From: an uncultured Candidatus Saccharibacteria bacterium
GTDB lineage: Bacteria > Patescibacteriota > Minisyncoccia > UBA6257 > 2-01-FULL-56-20
NCBI GenBank assembly: GCA_964645125.1
Contig: CAZXZC010000001.1
Location: 1-55,978, forward strand
Length of the DNA stretch: 55,978 nucleotides
Direction of reading: 5' to 3'
Part shown: piece after piece, positions 26,171-34,589 of the stretch
How the letters are laid out: each line of letters begins with the position of its first letter
Position numbering within the stretch: position 1 is the stretch's first letter
Notes under the pieces: model-generated
What the model saw: the letters and a program-made list of their open reading frames with translations, nothing else
Databases searched by the model: none
Told to the model about the DNA's origin: nothing
Program-made: the position numbers and the translations under genes

Positions 26171-26773
26171 ATGAATGATGCTCTGTTAAAAATATTGAAG
26201 GAAACTCCACTTGAGGAGCTTGGGCCGGTATTTGAAATCCTGGCCCGGCGAGTATACAACCACCGGAAACAGAATAACGGCTATGTGCCTTTGTCCATTT
26301 TCCCGTTTTGCGTGGGGCTTGGCGGGGTTTATCCCTGCGTGGAGATTGTTGTAATTGATTCGGAAAATGGATTGCCAATGGTCAAAAAACGGAATTCCAA
26401 GTCGGAGCATGGTTATCAAAATGAGTTTCAAGTACCTGGGGTTACGGCTCGGATCACTGATGGTCCAATCGACGTTTTAAATCGAGCCTTCAGAGAGCTT
26501 TTTGGCCTGGACTTACAATTCGATTATTCCGATTTTCCCAACCTTGAGATGGTCGGGATCGAAATCCATGATGAACCATACCGGCGTGCCACCTGCTGGA
26601 CACTGGTATACAAGTACTTTCTTCCGTCAGGATTGCGTAAGGTTTTAGTTGGGGAATGGAAATATGTTCATCCTCCGTATGACGACCCTGAGGTTGTCGA
26701 TCACCATCGTGCAACATTGTCATGGGCGTGCACACCAAAAGATGGACGACCGTTTTTTGTTGCATTGAGGTGA
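26171..26773 (+). CDS. Nudix-fold-like protein with a degenerate box; paralog of 22363-22980
   Basis: The 200-aa protein is preceded by a strong SD (aaaggagactatggt then ATG). The segment FQVPGVTARITDGPIDVLNRAFRELFG parallels WHVPGG...RILQRELG of the paralog. Confidence 0.45.
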   Translation: MNDALLKILKETPLEELGPVFEILARRVYNHRKQNNGYVPLSIFPFCVGLGGVYPCVEIVVIDSENGLPMVKKRNSKSEHGYQNEFQVPGVTARITDGPIDVLNRAFRELFGLDLQFDYSDFPNLEMVGIEIHDEPYRRATCWTLVYKYFLPSGLRKVLVGEWKYVHPPYDDPEVVDHHRATLSWACTPKDGRPFFVALR

Positions 26774-26788
26774 TTTCGAAAATATTAC

Positions 26789-26828
26789 GGGGAGTGAGTT
26801 GATTGACTCACTCCCCTTTTGCTTTTTT
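26789..26828 (+). terminator. Rho-independent terminator
   Basis: An 11-bp stem pairs ggggagtgagt (26789-26799) with actcactcccc (26806-26816). It is followed by ttttgctttttt. Confidence 0.85.
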
Positions 26829-26855
26829 GAAGCATACCAAAGTCACTGGTCTGTT

Positions 26856-26890
26856 CAAACAAAAAGAGCCGAGGACGAATCCTCGGCTCT
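26856..26890 (-). terminator. Rho-independent terminator for the HD-domain gene
   Basis: An 11-bp stem pairs agagccgagga (26865-26875) with tcctcggctct (26880-26890) around the loop cgaa. The minus strand continues with uuuuuguuug. It lies 36 nt past the stop at 26926. Confidence 0.75.
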
Positions 26891-26925
26891 GAAATTTTTT
26901 ACTGTGACATTTAGTTGGCAATAAG

Positions 26926-27624
26926 CTAAATGCTCGGATACGGAACCAGGCCGATTTGTTCACGTTGAAAGCGGATTGTATCGATGACAAGCCGCAGATG
27001 CGCGGCCATAGGCAATCCGATTTCTCTGGCTTTTGGTAAAACCAATCGGTATGGACCCTGCTCTTGCACCCATTGATTGGCGCAGTAGTTCACGTCAAAG
27101 AGGACGCTCCCTGGGTTTGCGTAGGTTGCGGTTGGATTTTTTTCAAAATATACCGGATCCAGCACTGGCAAATGCGACTGATAACTGGCTGATCGCGCAA
27201 AGAGCGTGGCCATAAGATTTGCCAGCTTGTCTCCATCCTGCAAAGCCGTTTTGACGATATCATCGCCCTCCCTGTTGGGGGTGCGGTGGTTGACCACGGC
27301 CAAAATCACTCTTTCTTTTTGATGGGCAGAAAAATCGGTGCCCATTTCTAACCAATCCATCACCAACTGCTTGGGAACGATGGTCGCCCATGCAAGACTT
27401 GCAGCCCCTGCATTGGTGATAACATGATCGGCGCTGTGACAAAAACCAGCGGCACCAGCCAGCAGTGCAGTTTCCGGATCGGGAGCAACGATATGTGCAT
27501 AGGTTGCCACGCACAAATCGTGATCGAATCCGTGTCCTTTATCGAGCACGCCCGTTTGTCGGTGTGCGCTTTTAACCAGCTTGGCAAGTTTTGGGAGTAT
27601 TTCCCACACTTTCTTTCCTTTCAT
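26926..27624 (-). CDS. HD-superfamily-like protein (putative metal-dependent phosphohydrolase)
   Basis: The 232-aa protein is preceded by a strong SD (ggcggaggcttttt then ATG). HD-like landmarks are KGHGFDHDLCVATYA, FCHSADH and LQDGDKLANL. The family call is tentative. Confidence 0.45.
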   Translation of the reverse strand: MKGKKVWEILPKLAKLVKSAHRQTGVLDKGHGFDHDLCVATYAHIVAPDPETALLAGAAGFCHSADHVITNAGAASLAWATIVPKQLVMDWLEMGTDFSAHQKERVILAVVNHRTPNREGDDIVKTALQDGDKLANLMATLFARSASYQSHLPVLDPVYFEKNPTATYANPGSVLFDVNYCANQWVQEQGPYRLVLPKAREIGLPMAAHLRLVIDTIRFQREQIGLVPYPSI

Positions 27625-27661
27625 AAAAAGCCTCCGCCTTTCTTGTAAAAGATCTTGAGTT

Positions 27662-27687
27662 AAAAAGCCAAAACTGGATTGTTTTGG
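27662..27687 (-). terminator. Weak hairpin terminator downstream of the SDR gene
   Basis: A 7-bp stem pairs ccaaaac (27668-27674) with gttttgg (27681-27687). The minus strand continues cuuuuua. It lies about 50 nt past the stop at 27738. Confidence 0.4.
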
Positions 27688-27737
27688 TTGTCCGATTATC
27701 TATTATAAAATCTGTTTTGTCAATATTCTCTCTACTC

Positions 27738-28679
27738 TTAGCTCTCGTAAGTACTAGGAAGACGCTCAATGGTTGCTTTGATGCTTTCGCGAAGATTGCC
27801 AGTTGGCGCATACCCCAAAGCTTTTAATTTTGCGTCACTGACCTCATATGAAAGTTGATTCATAATTGCCGAATCTACATATTGAATGTTCAGATTTGGA
27901 ATGAGCTCTTTTATGGTAGTCACAATATCTTCAACGGTCGCGTTTATTGTAACAACATTATATATTTCGCCAGAAAATAAATCCTTTTCGATAATAAGAT
28001 TTATTGCCTGTATGCAATCTTCCAAAGCTAAATACGGACGTTTTTGCTGCCACGCTGTTTTCCAAACCGTTATGGGAAGACCAAGCACCGCCTGCCAGGT
28101 AAACTTATTAACTGCGGTATGAAATCGCATTCCTATAGAGGGTCCGAAAATTGTTCCGAACCGGCAGATGGTGGCGCGCAAGCCCTGGGATGCTAATTTT
28201 TTTATATACTGTTCCGCCTCCATTTTTGATTTTGCATATGGGCTTTGACCTTCTATTTCTGTACTTGTTTCGTCCACTGTTGCTTCTTTTGTGGTGTACA
28301 AACTGGTCGTGGAAGGGAAAAACAAGGGGACTTGCGCTGCGGCACAGGCGTCAGCAAGACGTTTAGTGCCTTCAAGGTTTACCGCAAATGTTTCTTCGGG
28401 ATTGTCTTTAGATGAGGGGGCATCGGTGATTGCCGCAAAATGAATTACCGCATCTACTGCCTGCAGATATTTGGCAAAATCAGCGGTGCGGATGTCGTCT
28501 TCATAAAATTTGTACTGTATTGATTTGGGAAGCCCAAAGAGCGAGGCGTATCGCTGCGTCGAGAGGTTGTCGATGATGATAATCTTCCCCACTACCGGAG
28601 AACACGAACGAATAAACTGTGAGCCAATATGGCCCAAGGCTCCTGTTACCAGAATTGTTTTTTTATTTGATTGGTTCAT
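27738..28679 (-). CDS. NAD-dependent sugar-nucleotide epimerase/dehydratase (extended SDR)
   Basis: The 313-aa protein has ILVTGALGHIGSQFI, a catalytic YAKSK (YxxxK) and FPSTTSLY. Confidence 0.85.
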   Translation of the reverse strand: MNQSNKKTILVTGALGHIGSQFIRSCSPVVGKIIIIDNLSTQRYASLFGLPKSIQYKFYEDDIRTADFAKYLQAVDAVIHFAAITDAPSSKDNPEETFAVNLEGTKRLADACAAAQVPLFFPSTTSLYTTKEATVDETSTEIEGQSPYAKSKMEAEQYIKKLASQGLRATICRFGTIFGPSIGMRFHTAVNKFTWQAVLGLPITVWKTAWQQKRPYLALEDCIQAINLIIEKDLFSGEIYNVVTINATVEDIVTTIKELIPNLNIQYVDSAIMNQLSYEVSDAKLKALGYAPTGNLRESIKATIERLPSTYES

Positions 28680-29098
28680 GAGAGTTGTGTTTTGCGAGTA
28701 GTTTCCATGAATTGTTTATATGATCGAATGTAGTCATTTTCATCAAACCGATGGCTAGCCGCAACCAAAATGACACAGTCCTTCGAAAATGAACTCATGG
28801 TGTGCCACAGGTTTGTTCCGAGTATTACCCCTACGCTTGGGTTATCGAGTTTTACGGTTTGCTTTTTGCTACCGTCATTCATATGCAATTTGAAAGAGCC
28901 GTTCAAACAAAATATGGCTTGTTTGTTTTTTTTGTGCGCGTGCTCCCCTCGTTTTATCGCTCCATTTTTTATGATAAAAAACCGTTTAATGGGGAATGGA
29001 ATATGATCGAGAGCTTCGCCCACAAATAGGTCGCCGCGACGCGTGTCTTGATGGGCACTTAAATTCACAATTCCGGAATTTTTTACTTTAATTTTCAT
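28676..29098 (-). CDS. FdtA/WxcM-like cupin (NDP-4-keto-6-deoxyhexose 3,4-ketoisomerase family)
   Basis: The motif IKRGEHAHKKNKQAIFCLNGSFKL..LWH is typical of FdtA-type isomerases. The start is set at ATG 29098 (MKIKVKN), since the track start at 29143 would overlap the upstream gene by 41 nt. Confidence 0.72.
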   Translation of the reverse strand: MKIKVKNSGIVNLSAHQDTRRGDLFVGEALDHIPFPIKRFFIIKNGAIKRGEHAHKKNKQAIFCLNGSFKLHMNDGSKKQTVKLDNPSVGVILGTNLWHTMSSFSKDCVILVAASHRFDENDYIRSYKQFMETTRKTQLS

Positions 29099-29102
29099 GG
29101 TC

Positions 29103-29549
29103 TTATGAAGCATTCCAGTCAAATCCAATTTCTGGTGCGTCAAACGGAATAGTACGGATGGTTATGTTGTTTGGATTATAGGCCTCTGAGGCGTGGTAGA
29201 TAATACCCATTGGCGCATCCCCTACCGGGGTGTAGCCGTGGGCAACTTCGCCAGGTATAGCAATCACCATCATGGTATCTTGCCCTGTATAGATAACGTC
29301 TGTTTGTCCTTTAGTGGGCGAACCTTCACGCATGTCATGGAGCACGACTTTCGCGTTTCCCTTTATGACACACCAGACTTCCCAGTAATCGTGGATATGA
29401 AACCCCTTTATTACGCCCGGTTTCGTTTCGGAGTAGCTTGTTTGCAACACCTCATGAAACGTTTCCTCGCCGGATTTTACGAGTTCGGCAAAAAACCCAC
29501 GATCATCAGCATGCACATCGACTTTTTTTATCACAACATCCTTAATCAT
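29103..29549 (-). CDS. RmlC-like cupin (NDP-4-keto-6-deoxyhexose 3,5-epimerase family)
   Basis: The 148-aa protein reads DDRGFFAEL..QTSYSETKPGVIKGFHIH..W..VIKGNAKVVLHDMREGSPTKG, matching the RmlC pattern D.RG.F.E..Q.N.S.S..GV.RGLH.Q. Confidence 0.72.
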   Translation of the reverse strand: MIKDVVIKKVDVHADDRGFFAELVKSGEETFHEVLQTSYSETKPGVIKGFHIHDYWEVWCVIKGNAKVVLHDMREGSPTKGQTDVIYTGQDTMMVIAIPGEVAHGYTPVGDAPMGIIYHASEAYNPNNITIRTIPFDAPEIGFDWNAS

Positions 29550-29565
29550 GGTGCCAGAGGAAAGA

Positions 29566-30177
29566 CTACGCTTTTTTACACTCTACATAGAGCATCATAT
29601 CCCGATCTCCTTGCCATCGCTCGCGACGCACTTGCACATCGGTAAAGCCCAAGTGTTTCAGCATCGCCCTGATCTTGCCTTCAGTGTAACAATTTTTATG
29701 ATACTGTCCTTCGCCATGCTGACTGCCGAAAATCATTGCGGCCAGATACCCCCAGCGATTGTCGCGGGCATAGGTGTATGTGCCAAACCAGTGAGTTTGG
29801 CGTATTGCTTCTTCATCGGTGCGATAAAAATCCTTCCAATCATCTTTCGCCTTGAGCCAATCTTTTACCGTTTCCTCAAAATCTGGAGTGGCAAATCGAA
29901 ACACCCCGCCCGACTTTAGCACGCGAGTCACTTCTTTAAAAAACTTTGGCTCCTCAACAAATGAAAGATGTTCGACAAGTGCATCGGTTCGCACTTCATC
30001 TACCTCGCCATCTTTATAGGGAAGATTAAAAATATCGTAGTTGTAGACTTTCAGATCTGCGGGGAAATTATGGTGGGGGTAGCGCTGGCGCAATTGCTCA
30101 GCACTGTCCATATCGATGTTAATATAGCCATCTAAAGGCCGTCCTCCACAACCAACATTTAGCTTAATTTCGTTCAT
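29566..30177 (-). CDS. Class I SAM-dependent methyltransferase
   Basis: The 203-aa protein has LNVGCGGRPLDGYINID and LKSGGVFRFATPD (Methyltransf_11/23-like). Confidence 0.8.
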   Translation of the reverse strand: MNEIKLNVGCGGRPLDGYINIDMDSAEQLRQRYPHHNFPADLKVYNYDIFNLPYKDGEVDEVRTDALVEHLSFVEEPKFFKEVTRVLKSGGVFRFATPDFEETVKDWLKAKDDWKDFYRTDEEAIRQTHWFGTYTYARDNRWGYLAAMIFGSQHGEGQYHKNCYTEGKIRAMLKHLGFTDVQVRRERWQGDRDMMLYVECKKA

Positions 30178-30318
30178 GGGTTTGTAATTTTTGGGCTCTT
30201 TGTATATTTATACTACCCTTATTTGATAAAAATAGTCCAGACATTTGACTTATTTTGTTTTTTATCGTGAATCAAATAATAGGCCTCCTGGTGGGCCGTT
30301 CACTTTTATCATCGAAGC

Positions 30319-31305
30319 ATGATAGGATTAGCATTACCAATGACAAATCAAGAGATTCGGCAACACATAGGCACTCTTATTGCTCATCGCCCGACGCACC
30401 CAACCGGCTTTTGGAAAGAAAGCCTTGACTCATTTGATTACGTGCTCTCGCTTCCACCCGATGAGTTCGCTCGTACCCTACGGGTTCACACTCACTACCT
30501 CGATGGAGATTCACATATCGATTATTTGTTTCGGCTGCAGTATGAGAACTATACGCTTAACTACGAAACGCTTATTCAAGAGGTGCCGCAGCGCTACCAT
30601 CTGTCAGCTCCAGACATTTGTAAAGAGCCGGGGTATACGGTACGGGGCGCACGGGTAAGTAAGGCGACTATGCGGTTTCAGCACGTGGTGAACGCGTTTT
30701 ATACCGCGGGCGTCTTTAACCATCTCCCCGCCCGCCCTACCGTGCTTGATATTGGGGGAGGATATGGCAGTTTAATTTATTTTCTTTCAACGCTTATTGG
30801 TCGTGGGCGGTATGTCATTGTTGATGTGCCAGAGGTTTTGTATTTCTCGGCAATATATTTACAGACTGCGTACCCAAACTGGAGGCTTTATATCTACGAA
30901 CCACACACTCCTATCCCCGATGATTGCGACTTGGTGCTCTGGCCTGATTACGCACTCGATACACTACACTTGGGCACTATTGATTTGGCAACGAATGTTG
31001 CGTGTTTTCAAGAAATGAATGAGGCGCAGGTTATTTCGTATTTAGATTTTTTGAAACGCAATAACACGCAACTCCTCTACTCTTCAAACCAAGACTGTCA
31101 ACCGTTTAATACCGCGGGCCACAACGTAACAAATTTGCTGAAAAAATATTTTTCTTTAGAGGAAATTTTTTATCACACAAGGACGAATGTTTCAGCGCAC
31201 AAACTTATGGACCTTTCGCTTCGTAAGATTTTCAATCGACTTCAACTTATTGGCACCTTTTCCAAAGACAGCAACCACGAATACCTTTGCAGGCCGCTGC
31301 CATAG
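30319..31305 (+). CDS. SAM-dependent methyltransferase, putative sugar O-methyltransferase type
   Basis: The 328-aa protein has a glycine-rich SAM motif (VLDIGGGYGSLIYFL) followed by IVDVPE and CFQEMN. The functional subtype is inferred from context. Confidence 0.6.
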   Translation: MIGLALPMTNQEIRQHIGTLIAHRPTHPTGFWKESLDSFDYVLSLPPDEFARTLRVHTHYLDGDSHIDYLFRLQYENYTLNYETLIQEVPQRYHLSAPDICKEPGYTVRGARVSKATMRFQHVVNAFYTAGVFNHLPARPTVLDIGGGYGSLIYFLSTLIGRGRYVIVDVPEVLYFSAIYLQTAYPNWRLYIYEPHTPIPDDCDLVLWPDYALDTLHLGTIDLATNVACFQEMNEAQVISYLDFLKRNNTQLLYSSNQDCQPFNTAGHNVTNLLKKYFSLEEIFYHTRTNVSAHKLMDLSLRKIFNRLQLIGTFSKDSNHEYLCRPLP

Positions 31306-31313
31306 CTATTCCC

Positions 31314-32198
31314 CTAGTAATTCCGGTGCGTTAGAAACCGAAATACCACTACTGCATTCCACCAGCAGAGTTTTAACTTTTGTGTCAACGAAAGCTGCTT
31401 CTGTTTGAATATAAAACCGGTGTTCCAAAATTGAGTGCGAATAAGCGCGAGTCTGTAGTATATGGCAGCAATAATTCGAGAAATGGTAAGTGGATCATGC
31501 TCCTTTGATTCTGCGCCTGGGAGCGTGCCTTTAAAAAATAAAATTTCATTCACGAATAAAAATGTACCGTGGGCAAGTCCTCTAAATGAAAAGTTAATAT
31601 CTCCATCTGGTAAATCGCTGTACACATCATTTGCTATTGCTGATCGCCTCCAAAGCCCATGTATCGTCATGGCCTTTCCTAACCCCCATGGCATCAAGGT
31701 GAATTGTTTGAGACGCTCGTATAATCCTTTTTCAGTTACTACAAATCCCTTAGTATCCATTTTTAAGACTCGCTCCCCTTTCTCGTTTACATGCACATAA
31801 TCAGCCATCACCATGGCAGCGTGTGGATCTTTTGTAATCCGCGCCATACATTTTTCAATATATGTGGGGTCTAAATAATCGTCGTAGGATACCCACATAA
31901 AATATTCGCCGTGCGCAGCGTGTAGCGCGTATGTGTAATTTGGGCACGCTCCGATATTTGGGTTATGGCGAATATACCGCACCCGAGAGTCTTTTTTTGC
32001 ATACTCTTCACACACCTGTTGCGTTGCGTCGGTTGAAGGGTTGTCCGAAATAATAAGCTCGATGTTTGTATATGTTTGTGCAAGCGCTGATTCAATGGCT
32101 TTTTGTACATACGGAATACCGTTGTAGACTGGCAAACCGATAGTTACCAATGGTGTTTTAGAATTCATATGAGTATTGGTATCAAAACTATAGACCAT
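31314..32198 (-). CDS. Family 2 glycosyltransferase
   Basis: The segment VTIGLPVYNGIPYVQKAIESALAQTYTNIELIISDNPSTDAT and a later DDY motif are canonical GT2 features. Confidence 0.9.
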   Translation of the reverse strand: MVYSFDTNTHMNSKTPLVTIGLPVYNGIPYVQKAIESALAQTYTNIELIISDNPSTDATQQVCEEYAKKDSRVRYIRHNPNIGACPNYTYALHAAHGEYFMWVSYDDYLDPTYIEKCMARITKDPHAAMVMADYVHVNEKGERVLKMDTKGFVVTEKGLYERLKQFTLMPWGLGKAMTIHGLWRRSAIANDVYSDLPDGDINFSFRGLAHGTFLFVNEILFFKGTLPGAESKEHDPLTISRIIAAIYYRLALIRTQFWNTGFIFKQKQLSLTQKLKLCWWNAVVVFRFLTHRNY

Positions 32199-32227
32199 TT
32201 TGAGGGTATTGAAAACGATTTACCGCA

Positions 32228-32905
32228 TTAATCCCTCAACACCCAAGCCCCTCCTTCTTGATCACGACGATCGAAGTAGCTGAGCAACTCTTTGTATGAG
32301 ATGTGTAATCCCATAGTCTCATAGCGTTTTATTTTGGCAAGTTCAATACTCAAATGATCAATTCTTTTTGCCCGTGGGTCACTCTCTGAGTGAATCACTG
32401 ACGTAACCCATGATGGAGCTGGTGCAGGCATGCTATACACCTGTATTGATGCCTGCGCCTTCACGCACGCACTCACTACTGAAATAACTGTCCTCACCTG
32501 ATGGAGTGGCGGGGCGACTATCCCGATATCTTTCCAGCCTTTTTCTGCTGCATATGCAATGCATCCTCGCGCTTCGGCATCGGTTGAAGGGGGCAAATCA
32601 GCGGCAAGCGGAAAAACGTAAATGGCATCAGCAGCAACACCATGCTCTATGAGTCTTTTTTTCACTGATTCATACCCGGGGACGGTAAACTCTCTTGTGT
32701 GCGCTCCTACGTATCCTGATATAGCGATCGAGCCCGCAGCGCCAAGCTTCCATGCTTCAGCTGCTGTTTCTATAGATGCGGCTTCGTTTTCTCCGGTTTC
32801 AGTAACCAGACATATCGCGTCAAGCCCATGTGGTGGTCGCACGTCGCACAATATTCTTGTTGTTACCTTAAAAAGATCCTCTTCCGCGTGAGACATTTTT
32901 GTCAT
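32228..32905 (-). CDS. YdcF/ElyC/SanA (DUF218)-like protein
   Basis: The segments DAICLVTETGENEA..A..W.LGAAGSIAISGY......T.PGYESVKKRLIEHGVAADAIYVFP...PPSTDAEA resemble the DUF218 core. The start is set at ATG 32905, because the longer track ORF overlaps the sulfatase-like gene. Confidence 0.5.
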   Translation of the reverse strand: MTKMSHAEEDLFKVTTRILCDVRPPHGLDAICLVTETGENEAASIETAAEAWKLGAAGSIAISGYVGAHTREFTVPGYESVKKRLIEHGVAADAIYVFPLAADLPPSTDAEARGCIAYAAEKGWKDIGIVAPPLHQVRTVISVVSACVKAQASIQVYSMPAPAPSWVTSVIHSESDPRAKRIDHLSIELAKIKRYETMGLHISYKELLSYFDRRDQEGGAWVLRD

Positions 32906-32921
32906 AGTGGTATGGTAGTTG

Positions 32922-34295
32922 TTATTTTTTGATAGCCATCTCGGTGGGTCCACAGATGCGAGTATACGGCTCAAGCATTGTTTCTAATTTCTTTGCTATC
33001 TCTGGTTCTTTAGCATAGAGATTATTTTCACAGAGTACATCATCTAATACGCATAGCGTTGTAGCGTCAATCATTTTCACCATTCGATATCCTCCATATA
33101 CAAGACTTGCGCCCAAAAATGTTTGGTTCGATAGATCTGCTTCTGAATCAGGCACCTGCCCGATTATTGCTCGTTCTGTTGCATCAAATATATTACCCCC
33201 CTTAAACACTGTTGGCTTGGTAATACCGGCGAGTTCGAGTACGGTTGGTGCAACATCAATAAGACTTACTGGTCTTTCGATGCGTGCTTGTGGTATGTGT
33301 GCTGGCGCATGGAATAGTAATGGGACATGTTGATTTACATAGTACAGCGTATCACGATGGCCAACGCCTCCGTGATCAAAAAACTCCTCTCCGTGGTCAG
33401 AAAAAATAACCACGATACTTTCATCATTTATAATGCCCTTTTTGGTGAGTGTGGCATAGAGTCTTTCTATATTTTTATCTGTGTAGCGTAATGATGCATC
33501 GTAAATTTCTCGATACAATGATTTGATCATCTTTAAGAGTGGTGACGTTAATCCACCTGCCAGCATTGGAGCTATGTCGCATAACCAATACTTACACTTT
33601 TGCACGAGCGTCCCTGTTTTGCGCCAGAAGAGCCCGTAGGGAGCGTGAGTGTCCATGAAGTGGACCCACAAAAATAATGGCTGCTCGGTCTGGCCTGGCA
33701 CTCTTTTCTCCACTTCTTCATTTATTTCTTCGGCAATTAAAAATGCAGGGCGAAATCGAAATATATCGACTATAATTTTACGGATCGTGAAGATGGTTTT
33801 TTCTACTATACGGAACAAAAAGGCAACAAGCGGTACCTTGCTCCGCAAAGACCGATTTATTGAGCCTATCGTTTTTAATACCTTCGATTGCCATGTATCG
33901 CCTCGTATGCCCTTCATAATTCCGCCTGTTTTGAACGGACTGAGGTATGCATACGTGTCCCACCCCCTGTCATATCCAAAATATGAGGACATGTACCCGG
34001 CCGAATGAACCCCTATTGTCATATATCCAGCATCGTGCAAAACCTCACTTATCATAACTCGGGGACGATCGATATATGCAAACCCCCCATAATCAAATGG
34101 GTGGGTTGAGGTAAGTGTTCCTACAAAGGAGTGCGGAGAACCAGGCCCCGTAGAAAACGCTCGCAAAAAAACCGCGCTTTTCAATGCAATCGCGTCAAGG
34201 AACGGGGTGTAGCTCGGCTTGTAACCACCGTATCCCATTCGATCCCCTCGCCCTGCATCAAAACTTATAAAAATGATGTTTGGCTTTTTTTTCAT
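32922..34295 (-). CDS. Sulfatase-family (alkaline-phosphatase superfamily) hydrolase/transferase without an evident C/S-x-P-x-R formylglycine motif
   Basis: The 457-aa protein has PNIIFISFDAGRGDR (metal-binding Asp), WVHFMDTHAPY, FSDHGEEFFDHG and SLIDVAPTVLELAGI. The position of the expected CxPxR reads GPGSPHSFVGTLTS. Confidence 0.8.
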   Translation of the reverse strand: MKKKPNIIFISFDAGRGDRMGYGGYKPSYTPFLDAIALKSAVFLRAFSTGPGSPHSFVGTLTSTHPFDYGGFAYIDRPRVMISEVLHDAGYMTIGVHSAGYMSSYFGYDRGWDTYAYLSPFKTGGIMKGIRGDTWQSKVLKTIGSINRSLRSKVPLVAFLFRIVEKTIFTIRKIIVDIFRFRPAFLIAEEINEEVEKRVPGQTEQPLFLWVHFMDTHAPYGLFWRKTGTLVQKCKYWLCDIAPMLAGGLTSPLLKMIKSLYREIYDASLRYTDKNIERLYATLTKKGIINDESIVVIFSDHGEEFFDHGGVGHRDTLYYVNQHVPLLFHAPAHIPQARIERPVSLIDVAPTVLELAGITKPTVFKGGNIFDATERAIIGQVPDSEADLSNQTFLGASLVYGGYRMVKMIDATTLCVLDDVLCENNLYAKEPEIAKKLETMLEPYTRICGPTEMAIKK

Positions 34296-34343
34296 TGTAC
34301 ATAATGCATCGCGACCGCGGTCGTTTCCGCATAAACCACAACT

Positions 34344-34556
34344 CTACATATATCCCAATGCCTTCAGTTGTTCCATAACCTTCTTTTTTTCTTCTTCGGT
34401 TGCTGAATCCTGCTTCGTATCGGCTTTTTTTAAAGCACTCTTCTTTTTATTCTCTTCTTTTTGCGATGACCCACCGCCTTTTCCTGTGCTCTTTTTGTTT
34501 CCTGAAAACCAATTTTTCATATACCTTATGCTATCAGGCATCTTACGACGAGGCAA
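34344..34556 (-). CDS. Small lysine-rich, probably disordered protein ending in an LKALGYM tail
   Basis: The 70-aa ORF could be 58 aa if it starts at the internal MKNWF. It is low-complexity and K/E/S/G-rich, and it ends EEEKKKVMEQLKALGYM. That tail parallels the RHH protein tail ERIRERLKTLGYL. The ORF fills the gap between the GT2 and sulfatase-like genes on the same strand. Confidence 0.5.
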   Translation of the reverse strand: MPRRKMPDSIRYMKNWFSGNKKSTGKGGGSSQKEENKKKSALKKADTKQDSATEEEKKKVMEQLKALGYM

Positions 34557-34589
34557 TAAGACGTTGCCGGTCTTTACCCCAACTCTTCC

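Noticed and set aside
34312-34323. A perfect 12-nt palindrome, cgaccgcggtcg, between the small LGY-tail ORF and the sulfatase-like gene.
   Set aside because: It is too short to distinguish from chance and contains a CCGCGG site. It leaves no room for a hairpin loop, and I saw no second copy in the window.
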